Below, one piece after another: positions 36,033-45,683 of a stretch of DNA of 45,683 bases. Below the pieces are notes generated by a model. The model saw nothing but the letters and a program-made list of their open reading frames with translations. It made no database searches and was not told the DNA's origin. Position 1 is the first letter of the stretch. Each line of letters opens with the position of its first letter. Made by a program: the position numbers and the translations under genes. Where the stretch lies: the NCBI RefSeq assembly GCF_001194135.2, contig NC_068998.1, forward strand, positions 26,945,471-26,991,153, written 5' to 3'. This DNA is from Octopus bimaculoides. Taxonomy: Eukaryota.

Positions 36033-36497
36033 CGCAAGACCAAGCTTTGGCCACGAACTGGAGGGTCAACCTTAGGAATGAGCAAGTGTTTCTGCTGAGC
36101 CGCATTTGCAATAGAGTGAATGAAACCATTGCCCATATCACGAACGAATGCCCTAGACTTGCCCAAAACTACTACAAGGTGTGGCGACACGACCAGGTAG
36201 CGAAAGTTCTACATTGGAAACTGTGCGAAAAGAGGGGACTAGAGAGAATCAAGGCGTGGTTTGAGCACAAACTGCAGAGTGGCGTAGTCGAAGACCGGTA
36301 AAAAAAACTGGGATTTCCCAATCCGAACAGATCAGGTATTAGAGCATAACAGAACGGATCTAGTGGGGATGAACAAAGTGCACCACATTCGCTATATAGT
36401 TGACGTTGCATGCCCATTTGACCCACGAATAGTCAAGGAGGAAGGTGAAAAGATAGATNNNNNNNNNNGACCCACGAATAGTCAAGGAGGAAGGTGA

Positions 36498-36544
<47 letters not shown>

Positions 36545-36842
36545 CAACCCACTTAAATACAAAATAGCCCGACTACGGAAAATGAAGAGGGTGAAGATAG
36601 TGCCAATTATTGCTGGGTTCTAGGGAACAGTATCAGAAGGCATCAAGAGGAATGTAAAGGAAATTGGAATAGGGTGCCCAGTAGAACTGTTACAAAATGT
36701 TTGCCTCCTTGGCACGGCCAGAATAATCAGGAAAGTATTAGATAGCTGAAAAGACCGAATAGTGTGGTACCGTAGGCTGCAGGTAGTAAGCCCGCTACGC
36801 ATGCATGACTCCAGGAGCTCCAACAAAACCTGTGATAAAGAA
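36033..36842 (+). mobile_element. R4/Dong-clade 3' fragment flanked by (TAA)n
   Basis: QDQALATN...RICNRVNETIAHITNECPRLAQNYYKVWRHDQVAKVLHWKLC, WDFPIRTD, VDVACPFD, VPII.G.LG, LLGTARIIRKVLDS*; (GATA)n insertion and 10-N gap inside. Confidence 0.88.
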
Positions 36843-36855
36843 ATAATAATAACAA

Positions 36856-36886
<31 letters not shown>

Positions 36887-36907
36887 AAGAAGAAGAAGAA
36901 GAAGAAG

Positions 36908-36947
<40 letters not shown>

Positions 36948-36959
36948 GTAGTAGTAGTA

Positions 36960-37003
<44 letters not shown>
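36843..37003. repeat. Compound trinucleotide array (AAT)-(AAG)n-(AAC)n-(AGT)n-(AAT)n
   Basis: Seen directly. Confidence 0.95.
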
Positions 37004-37004
<1 letters not shown>

Positions 37005-37009
37005 GAGAA

Positions 37010-38530
37010 AACGAGTCACTTTCGAAGATGCCCCTTCTAATATTAACTTCTCCAAGGAATACATTACATGAGTACAATTTGGTCTTCTACTCTCTCATGT
37101 TATGCATCAAAAAATATATGATATTGTCAGCAACACCAAACATCTGCAGGCATTCAACGATCCAAGAATGAGGTATCATATCATATGCCTTCTGAAAGAC
37201 ATGTTTGTGTGGTGTTTTTTACAATGCCTCAAAACTGTTTTATCGATAACCAGGTGATCCTTGGTACCCTGAGAACTCTTCCTACATGCCTTTTGTTCCC
37301 TTGGTACTATTTCTTCTTGTGCGAGGAAAGAATGTCTTTGCCGCACATATTCCGGTGAGTATCTTCCAGATTATGTTTAGGCATGCTATGGGACGGTAGT
37401 TTCCCACAATATTCCTCTTTCTTCTATCGTTCATTATAAGTGTTGTCCTCCCAGTCACCGTTCACCGGGGACTGTACCTTTATGGACACATTTAATTGGG
37501 CTGCTAGTCTTTCATGCACCGCTTGGCATCCCTTCAGCCAAAATCCATGAATCCCATCTGGTCTGGGGGCTTTCCAGTTAGGCACTTTACCCACTTGTTT
37601 TTTCACGTCAACCGTGCTTATGACAATATTCTTTTGTTTCTTTCCTCTTGTTTTGATAGTTCCTATCCACATTGCATCCCTTTTATGCACCACATTGTTT
37701 CCCCATAATCGCCTCCAGAACTCCTTGGCTTGATTTGCATCAGGAGCAATATTTTCCTCTTTGTCTCCTTCTAACGTTCGGAAAAATTGCTTCGGGTTAT
37801 TTTTGAACAATTTTTTCTCCTCGAACTCTTTATTTCTGTTCACAAAGCTTCTGATCTTCTGGCTTTTTACCACGATCCTCTGTTTTAACTGCTCTATTAC
37901 TGCATCAAACTCGTTCTTCCGTATTTTATATTTCTTCTCTAATTTTTCTCGGTTGGTCTTTTTCTCATTTTCTAGTTTCCTCTTAACCATTGCTCAATTT
38001 TTCCTAGATCCTGCTTTGCCCGCATTCGCTCCACCAATAATTGCTCTCTTGAGTTGTAATTTCTCCTCAACAAATAGCGCAATGGCTTGGAGAAGATTCC
38101 TTGTTTGTGTTATGTCCTCCGTCTGGCTGTGTGGTATGACAGTATTTATCTTTTGTGTTATTTTATCTATCATACCCCTATCTACCCTTCTCAAACATTC
38201 ATCAAGTCGGTGAGTAGTCTTCGAATTTCAAGCAATTCATTATCTAGTTGGTTCATTTCCCCTGCATGTCCACCCACTACAGTGTCAGGGTTCACTGTAT
38301 AACGTTCCTGTTCCTCATCCTTAACAGCTCCATCACCATTTTCCTGTTCCTCCTGTCTACTATTCTCTCTACTTTCAATTCCTACCTCTCTGTTTTCAAT
38401 TCCGACTATCCTTTGTAGCCCATCTGCAAAGTCTCTCAGACTCTCACTAATCCGAGATATTTCTACTCCAGTTAAGCAACCCTTCCTCCTAATCACTCTC
38501 ACTTGGTTCATTAGTTTATTTTCTGACATT
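37010..38530 (-). mobile_element. R4/Dong-clade 5' half (N-terminal region + RT up to the QGD motif)
   Basis: SENKLMNQVRVIRRKG; NWKAPRPDGIHGFWLK; PIACLNIIWKILTGI; AYDMIPHSWI; IRRGIFESDSFSLL running into the microsatellite. Confidence 0.88.
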
Positions 38531-38544
38531 GGACACCGTCCTTA

Positions 38545-39598
38545 TCCGTCCTTGTTCTTCGCAATATGTGTGACGTATCAGTTAAAACAATCTTTTGCAC
38601 TTCTTGCGTGGATGATAAGCCAGCGATCATTCTCAAATAATTTTCAGTTCCTATTTTGATCATTCTTATGGCTCGTACAATTATTGGTATTGTATCCGCC
38701 TTGAGATGCCACATCTTTTCGATTTCAATGCAAATTTTTTTAAGTTTTTCTGAGCTTGTCGAATTCTATTGCCAAAATATTATGGTCACGAGAGATACTC
38801 ATGTCGATCAATTAATAGACTTTATTATTTTGGTCTTTTACAACAATATCCAGTTTATCAATTTTGATTATTCAGTCTATGTATCGAATTCCCAAAGGAC
38901 CGTTACATTTTCTCCCTCAGTTACAATCTCAGGGTGGTGCTTATACTATTTGTCAGTAGTTTTGATTTTATAATGCCAACATATTAACCAGTGTACCTAT
39001 TGACCAACTTTGTCATGTCTTGATTTATACTCTACTGGAGCCAAAACTACATCTAGAGATTAAGTGGTCTACTGTTTCGATCTCATCACTGCAGAATCAG
39101 CACTTTAAATCCACTCCATTTTTCATCACATTGGCTTGATAGTTCCGAGTCAATAAGCTTTGATCTTGAACAGTTACAATGAAGCCTACGATCCCTACTT
39201 TTACCTCTGAGCTTCTTGACCACTCATGCACGAGCTTTTGGTCAACATCAGCTTGTTTGCCACATATTTTCCATGCAGAGGTTTCTGTTTCCACCGACCA
39301 GCCCATTGTTCATACGCTTTTATCTTGCCATTAATTATACTTCCTTTGCAATAACAGTTGCCACACTTCCCTCAGGCTGTTTAGTCTGGGTATCATCCAC
39401 GAAATCAATAGCAAATCTTTTGCGCCCGTTCAAGATAGAATAAATCTTCTTACGCCTCTCATGATTTTCAATTAGTTTTAGCAACCCGTCGTTAGTTGGT
39501 TCAAGATATTTGGCCAGTCCAGTTGTGGTGGTTTTGTAAAAATGTTCAAACTGAATCAAACCTCGACCTCCTTGGGCTTTGGGAAGGGAAATTAGCAT
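38545..39598 (-). mobile_element. R4/Dong-clade 3' half, decayed
   Basis: LPKAQGGRGL; GFIVTVQDQSLLTRNY; ETVDHLISRC; LIDMSI; MWHLKADTIPIIV...EVQKIVLTDTSHILRR. Confidence 0.85.
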
Positions 39599-39736
39599 TC
39601 AAGGAAATAACTAAGTCTACAAATAAGCCAAACAAAAACAAATCATTTTATCATTATTATTTTTATTATTATTATTATTACTATTATTATTATTATATTT
39701 TTAAAAAAAGGATTGACGTAACTCTTCACGAAGGTA

Positions 39737-40337
39737 AATAGTCAAAACGAAGAGCGCGATTTTAGATGTTTTATTTTTTGAACAACATTTCGACAGAACG
39801 TCTGTCTTTCTCAAGTTCAAACCAAAAGGTGATTGAAAATTCAAAATTTCAGAAACCAAACGTAGACTATGAACGTGAGTAACCAGCGTCCATACGTTGA
39901 TAGAATGACATCATCAGCTTTTGTCAGTTTTTTAAAGCTGATGATGTCATTCTATCAACGTATGGACGCTGGTTACTCACGTTCATAGTCTACGTTTGGT
40001 TTCTGAAATTTTGAATTTTCAATCACCTTTTGGTTTGAACTTGAGAAAGACAGACGTTCTGTCGAAATGTTGTTCAAAAAATAAAACATCTAAAATCGCG
40101 CTCNNNNNNNNNNCGTTGATAGAATGACATCATCAGCTTTTGTCAGTTTTTTAAAGCTGATGATGTCATTCTATCAACGTATGGACGCTGGTTACTCACG
40201 TTCATAGTCTACGTTTGGTTTCTGAAATTTTGAATTTTCAATCACCTTTTGGTTTGAACTTGAGAAAGACAGACGTTCTGTCGAAATGTTGTTCAAAAAA
40301 TAAAACATCTAAAATCGCGCTCTTCGTTTTGACTATT
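39737..40337. repeat. Perfect 185-bp inverted repeat with a 12-nt loop, partly duplicated across a 10-N gap
   Basis: Left arm 39737-39921, loop tgtcagtttttt 39922-39933, right arm 39934-40103 (cut by Ns); loop and complete right arm repeated at 40114-40337. Confidence 0.95.
40031..40097 (+). ncRNA. Hammerhead-ribozyme-variant-like fold (type I, Penelope pLTR style)
   Basis: CTTGAGAAA, stem II GACAGA/TCTGTC, GAAA, stem III ATGTT/AACAT with AATAAA in the loop region, AUC triplet ending at 40090. Core is non-canonical and stem I is imperfect. Mirror copy on the minus strand of the left arm. Confidence 0.45.
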
Positions 40338-40355
40338 ATTATTATGATTATTATG

Positions 40356-40402
<47 letters not shown>

Positions 40403-40444
40403 AACTACTACTACTACTACTACTATTATTATTATTATTAGTAT

Positions 40445-41185
40445 GTTGATTTTTTTCTTCTTTCTTCATATCTTCTTCCATTTCTCGCCGAGTGTTTTCC
40501 GTACACCTAGGGCAGAGAAGCTCATTGTATGCATTCCCAGTTTACACACGCAAATTCACAGGTAAAATATGTATTAAAAAAATTAATAAATAAATAAATT
40601 CATGAATGGATGCTGTTTTCACAGCGATAATGCTCTTCTCAGTACATGATTTCTCAGTACAGTTAACACGATTTTTTGCACTTCCTGTAGGGATGGTAGG
40701 CCTGATATCATTTTCAAATAGGTTTCAGTACCTTTTTCAGTCATTCCTAGAGATCCTACAATCACTGGTACGGTAGTCGCCTTGAGATGCCACATAAATT
40801 TCTATTAGTAAGTTTTTATATTTACTGCTCTTGTCAAATTCTTTCGCCGCTATATTGTGATCGCAAGGAACACTCATGTCAATTAATAAACACATCTTTA
40901 TTGTCTGATCTTTTATGATAACATCCGGTTTATTAGCTTTTATAGCTTTGTCGGTATGTACGGGGAAGTCCCAGAGAGTCGACACATTTTCTCCCTCAGT
41001 CACAGCTTCAGGATGGTGTTTATACCATTTGTCAGCGGTTTTGATTTTATAAAGCCGACATATTGTCCAGTGTAAATACTGGCCGACTCTGTCATGTCTT
41101 GCCTTATATTCTACATGTGTTAAGACTCTACACCCTGAGATTAGGTGGTCTATAGTTTCAATCTCATCGTTACAGAATCGGCATT
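40445..41185 (-). mobile_element. R4/Dong-clade 3' fragment with (TAA)n on both sides
   Basis: EYKARHDRVGQYLHWTIC...WYKHHPE; LWDFPVHTDKAIKANKPDVIIKD...LIDMSVPCD; 3' UTR ...cactcggcgagaaatggaagaag then (TAA)n; 5' junction in (TAA)n at 41186-41236. Confidence 0.88.
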
Positions 41186-41186
41186 A

Positions 41187-41237
<51 letters not shown>

Positions 41238-42007
41238 GAATGAAAGAGATTTGTACTATAAAATGAATGTTACTGGCTTGAAACCAAAGGAGATAAAAGT
41301 CATGTCACCAATATCGCCTTGAATGGACAAAGTATTAGAGAAGTTGCAAGAGAAACTTCAACAGTGAGAGATCTTACGATTAATGAGAGAGTTTTTTTAA
41401 AAATAAAAATGATGATCCAAATTTTGATAGCATTTAAATAGTTGCTTTAATGCAATAAGCTCTCCTTGAAAACCAATACACTTTGCAATGGACGTCATGT
41501 CAAGTTGGACATCATTATGTCTGTCTGTCCTTGTCGTCAATCAAAAATCATAAACGATAGAACTACAGACTAATCAAGACAATTTATTTACGTAGACGCT
41601 GAGGGGGCATGGTGGTTGGAATTACATCTTTGATAGAAGTGATTTAGATCGTACTGGGTTGTGCTTGGTACAGTGGACCCTAAAAAAATGACATATCTTA
41701 AATAATCTTGAGGAATTTTTCAAATGAAAGTTCTGGTTGAACTGAAATATGATGAAAATAGTTTCACTTACTGGAACGATTCATAAAAGTAAATCAAGAA
41801 CGGAACCACATCTCGACAGCAGGTTGAATGAAAGCTTTATAAGAATCTTTAGAAATATCTTCTCACTTGAGAAGCAATTAGTAAAAGATTGCTTAAAGCA
41901 GCTAAAAGGGAGCGGACGTCTTTAAATATTAAGATTAAAAACAAAAATGCAATATAAGACTTTATATATCATAAGAAAATTTAGAATTTGTATTCCATAG
42001 AAAAGAG

Positions 42008-42085
<78 letters not shown>

Positions 42086-42697
42086 GATCAGTTGAAAGAA
42101 AAATAGTTATATTGATTACCATATGAGAAGAATTTAAATTTAGTAATGAAGAAATCGACATGATTAGAAAGAGTTAACGATACATGAATAAAAATCGAAA
42201 GGAATTTGACAAAAAGCTGCAAAAAATGTATTGAAATCAAAGCAGACATGGGTTGTTATGCTGTAAGTAAAAATGCAGAAAAACTTATTCTGTTACAAAT
42301 ATTTAGAAACAAATGAGAAAAGCAAGAGCGAAGGAAAAATGAAGTGGAATAAAAAGGATATCACACTTATGCAAAGAAATGGAAAAAAAAAACAACCCAG
42401 TAATTTTCTGTCTAAATGTAAAATATATACTGCAAATTATCATGTTTACAGGATTTGGCAATGTAATCAATGATCCTACCTGTACTTTCGGCAAATAAGA
42501 AAGATGATTGAAAACCATGCCGTGTGATGTAAAACCAAATTGGATAGAGGAATCATACTGGCGACCAAAAAATATATTATTGCAAGTTTTGATATTTTAT
42601 GCGTCAAACTTTATTGTAGCAAATAGTAAACGAAATGTGACATGAATATTGATATGACTTGTCCCAATAATAAAAATGCCCAAGAAAATCAGCAAAA

Positions 42698-42823
42698 CTA
42701 AACAAGTACAAACTTTAGTCTATGTCCTGCTCTAATGTCTTCATACATATGAATAGGTACACTCATAGACATCATGTAATTTTGCTCTCGTGCAGAGCAA
42801 CCGTTTTGATGCGAATACGTATC
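42698..42823 (-). CDS. Candidate terminal exon of an unidentified host gene
   Basis: ttttgtacag acceptor, phase 0, DTYSHQNGCSAREQNYMMSMSVPIHMYEDIRAGHRLKFVLV*; AATAAA about 83 nt downstream (42610-42615). No homolog recognised. Confidence 0.4.
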   Translation of the reverse strand, partial: DTYSHQNGCSAREQNYMMSMSVPIHMYEDIRAGHRLKFVLV

Positions 42824-43218
42824 CTGTACAAAACCTGGAATTTGGTACCTACTCTGGGAAATTTATGTATCAATCAAGGTCACACACTGCACAACCTTTT
42901 AACCAGTTGTAACTTCTCCTTTTTGTGCAGTTTGAGTACATTTTATCAATATTAAGTGGTGTTTTTTTATTAAAAACTTCAGAATCTTGAGTTGTACAAA
43001 TGAATTATTATCGGACAGCTTACCAGTTCTCACTTTCTCTTTAGTTTTATATTCTTCTCATTTCACATGAAATTGTTATCTCAAACTGATATTAACTATT
43101 GCTTTTGAACAACATTTGTTTGCTGTTTATAAATACCGAAGATATTTGCCCTGAATATGTTCTGTAGATTTCAAGGAAGATTTCTGTTTCAAATATTGTA
43201 CATGCAAAGGACACTTAC

Positions 43219-43247
43219 ATTTTGGTAAATAGTTGTGTATATTCCTT
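43219..43247 (-). CDS. Candidate 29-nt micro-exon (phase 1 to 0), xGIYTTIYQN
   Basis: ttacacttag acceptor, GTAAGT donor. Confidence 0.4.
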
Positions 43248-43612
43248 CTAAGTGTAAATGTATTGGAGAATGTCTTTTTACTGTTTGTTTATATTATTCG
43301 ACCATATTCTTCAATGCTGTTTGCATTTCTAAAAAAACATTGCTACATTACAGTGAATCCAAAATAATTATTAAATATTCTTGGATTCAATGTAATCCAA
43401 TAACTTTTATAAGCGTAATTAAATGATTTTTATAAGGCAAATATTCCTCATCTTTTCTCTGTCTTCAGTAATTTAAACTCGGCCCTCGGTTCTTTTCACG
43501 CTAAAGTTACAAGGCGAGAAAATCATTCAAGTCAAAAGACAAGTGGACAAATCAAATCGAATAAAAGACAAAATGGAAGGGCGAGTAGAGTCGAAACCAG
43601 ATAATCACTTAC

Positions 43613-43635
43613 TGGAGCCTGTTTCGTTCTGTGGA
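43613..43635 (-). CDS. Candidate 23-nt micro-exon (phase 2 to 1), PQNETGS
   Basis: ttttatcaataag acceptor, GTAAGT donor. Confidence 0.35.
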
Positions 43636-43775
43636 CTTATTGATAAAACATAAATAAATACAGCTCTATATACAGATATGAAATACTATGCTGTTGTCTA
43701 TTGGAAGCACTGTTGAAGATTTGAATTAGCAGACATGTTAGAGATCCTTATTTATATAAAAATTCATATATTTAC

Positions 43776-43791
43776 TTCGTCATTATATTCA
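43776..43791 (-). CDS. Candidate 16-nt micro-exon (phase 1 to 2), xNIMT
   Basis: caccacag acceptor (weak pyrimidine tract), GTAAAT donor. Confidence 0.25.
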
Positions 43792-44429
43792 CTGTGGTGG
43801 TATTTTGACATTATAGCACGTGGAGTTTAGACAGGCAATTAAACTGGTCGTGTATACACATACATATATATGTATGTATACGAGCGTATATGTAAGTATT
43901 CGTATGTTGTATATATATATATATATATATATATAGTTTTAGGGAAAATAACCAAGTTTCAAGAACTCATCGATGAAAATCCACTATCACATATAGAAAA
44001 ATTAATTAAAAGCACAATAAATGAGTATAATATAAAACAAAGTAAATATCATATATATATATATATATATACTTGTAATTATGTACTATCTGTGTTTGTC
44101 CCACTGATGAGCAGAGTATATTTTTATACAGAGGCAGAGATCCAGATGTGGGATTATCCAATAACTTTTTGTTAGTTTATTTGTCAATTTGTCTTTTCTC
44201 TCTGAGCTGTATGAATACATGAAGTGGTTCTAGAGTCAAGTATTGACTGCTATCTATAGCATGGTGGTATCTCTTAGATACCCTTAATTATAATTTTAAT
44301 AAATAAATAAATATATATACATATATATATATATANNNNNNNNNNNNNNNNNNNNNNNNNNNNNNNNNNNNNNNNNNNNNNNNNNNNNNNNNNNNNATAT
44401 ACAAATATAATTTAGAAACAAAATCATTA

Positions 44430-44465
<36 letters not shown>

Positions 44466-44492
44466 TTGGAAGAGGATGCGTGGCGTTCAGTC
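44466..44492 (-). CDS. Candidate 27-nt micro-exon (phase 1 to 1), xLNATHPLP
   Basis: tattattatag acceptor, GTATAT donor. Confidence 0.3.
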
Positions 44493-44569
44493 CTATAATA
44501 ATATAGATAATATATATATGCATATATACATATGTATATGTACAGACTTACCTCTATACGTATGTATAT

Positions 44570-45150
44570 ATGCATATGTGGGCACAGGACGTCACGAAGC
44601 GTATACAACAAAAAGATACGAAGTACGAGTGCATGGAATATGAACTATTTTTTCGAACAACGAAAGACACAAATGGAAAACAAGACAAACAACATAAAGA
44701 ACGTCCCTTCATCAGTTGTTGGCTTTTCTTCTACTCTCGTTTTTCGAGCATTTAACAACAATATACGCTTTCGATAAAACAGTTGCTCCCGCAAAGCAAA
44801 TTAAATAAAATTTGCTATTTTGTGGAAGGACAAAATTGGTAACACAAACAGAACAGGGAAAACAAAGAAGAAGGGCTGCTAATCCTAAACGAGGTTGTGG
44901 TGGTGAATGCGTAAACCAAGCTTGGACAGGAAACAGACAAGAACACGTCATCCTTGTTCCAGCTACAACGGAAAGAAAGATGTCCGATGGTCACGTGGGA
45001 CCCACGTGAGCAAATGAGGAGGAGTGAGGGAAAGAGAGTGACAGAGTAATATGATAGAATAGTTCGAGAAGAGGCGGTAAAAGAATAAGAGAGAGAAAGA
45101 GAAAAAAACGAAAGAGTAAAAAGATCGTATGGACTGCGCATCAGAATTAA
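44570..45150. repeat. Probable decayed interspersed repeat
   Basis: Composition and motifs (ccttcatcag, gaaagagagtgac) resemble octopus repeats I recall; no copy inside the window confirms it. Confidence 0.3.
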
Positions 45151-45588
45151 GATAAAACTTACTTGGAAGAGGTTGCGTACATATATACATATATATACGT
45201 GTGCGTGTGTGCGTGGATATGTGTGTGTATGAGTACGTACATACATACACGTTTGTGTGTGTATGTGTATGTATGTATACATGTTTGTGTGAGTGTGTGC
45301 GGATGTAGACGTTGTGAACGCAGGCGGTTTATGTCTATGTATTTTGAGAATATGATTGCGTGTATTTTATATCTTTTTTCTTTTTTTCTACCTATTAGAG
45401 AAACGGTTTTTCATTGCGTCTGTTGCCATTAATAGCCGACGAGAATGCATCCAAGCTCTTCGCTCCGACATTCGAAACTCCGAGTACTATAACGACAACT
45501 TTTTACTGTCTGTTCTAAATTATAACATATATAAATATTTCTCTATTTATCTAATATCGAGGTTTCATTCGTTTGTGGTTACATTTTA

Positions 45589-45589
<1 letters not shown>

Positions 45590-45643
<54 letters not shown>

Positions 45644-45644
45644 G

Positions 45645-45683
<39 letters not shown>
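45590..45683. repeat. (ATT)n and (CA)n microsatellites
   Basis: Seen directly. Confidence 0.95.

Noticed and set aside
36420-36507. 39-bp direct repeat around a 10-N gap
   Set aside because: Identical sequence on both sides of a minimal gap indicates unmerged contig overlap.
40114-40337. Apparent tandem second copy of the palindrome
   Set aside because: Starts right after a 10-N gap and is identical to 39895-40103; most likely an assembly overlap.
43870-44040. ITKFQELIDENPLSHIEKLIKS as a PLE RT fragment
   Set aside because: Too short and flanked by (AT)n; similarity is only impressionistic.
1-45683. CRISPR arrays, rRNA, prokaryotic operons
   Set aside because: No regularly spaced repeat-spacer array or rRNA-like sequence; the DNA is eukaryotic repeat-rich sequence.

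Overview
Repeat-dominated eukaryotic draft scaffold with nine N-gaps. The SINE families and microsatellite load point to an octopus/cephalopod genome (inference from recognised repeats, not tested). No intact protein-coding ORF is visible; most long ORFs in the track are microsatellite or N artefacts. Recognisable content: (i) R4/Dong-clade non-LTR fragments (CCHC knuckle + restriction-like endonuclease) in two lineages, one sitting in (TAA)n and one ending in (CATA)n; (ii) RTE-clade LINEs, including a near full-length decayed copy (24.0-27.6 kb) with tandem C2H2 fingers; (iii) two maT/DD37D-type Tc1-mariner relics; (iv) about 20 tRNA-derived SINE copies; (v) two long fold-backs, one perfect (185-bp arms) carrying a hammerhead-variant-like fold; (vi) a ~450-bp inverted duplication whose copies lie ~13 kb apart; (vii) a phase-consistent ladder of micro-exons on the minus strand (44.5 to 42.7 kb) that may be the 3' end of a host gene with a Tyr-motif-rich tail. 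Boundaries are read by eye and are approximate unless exact motifs are quoted.
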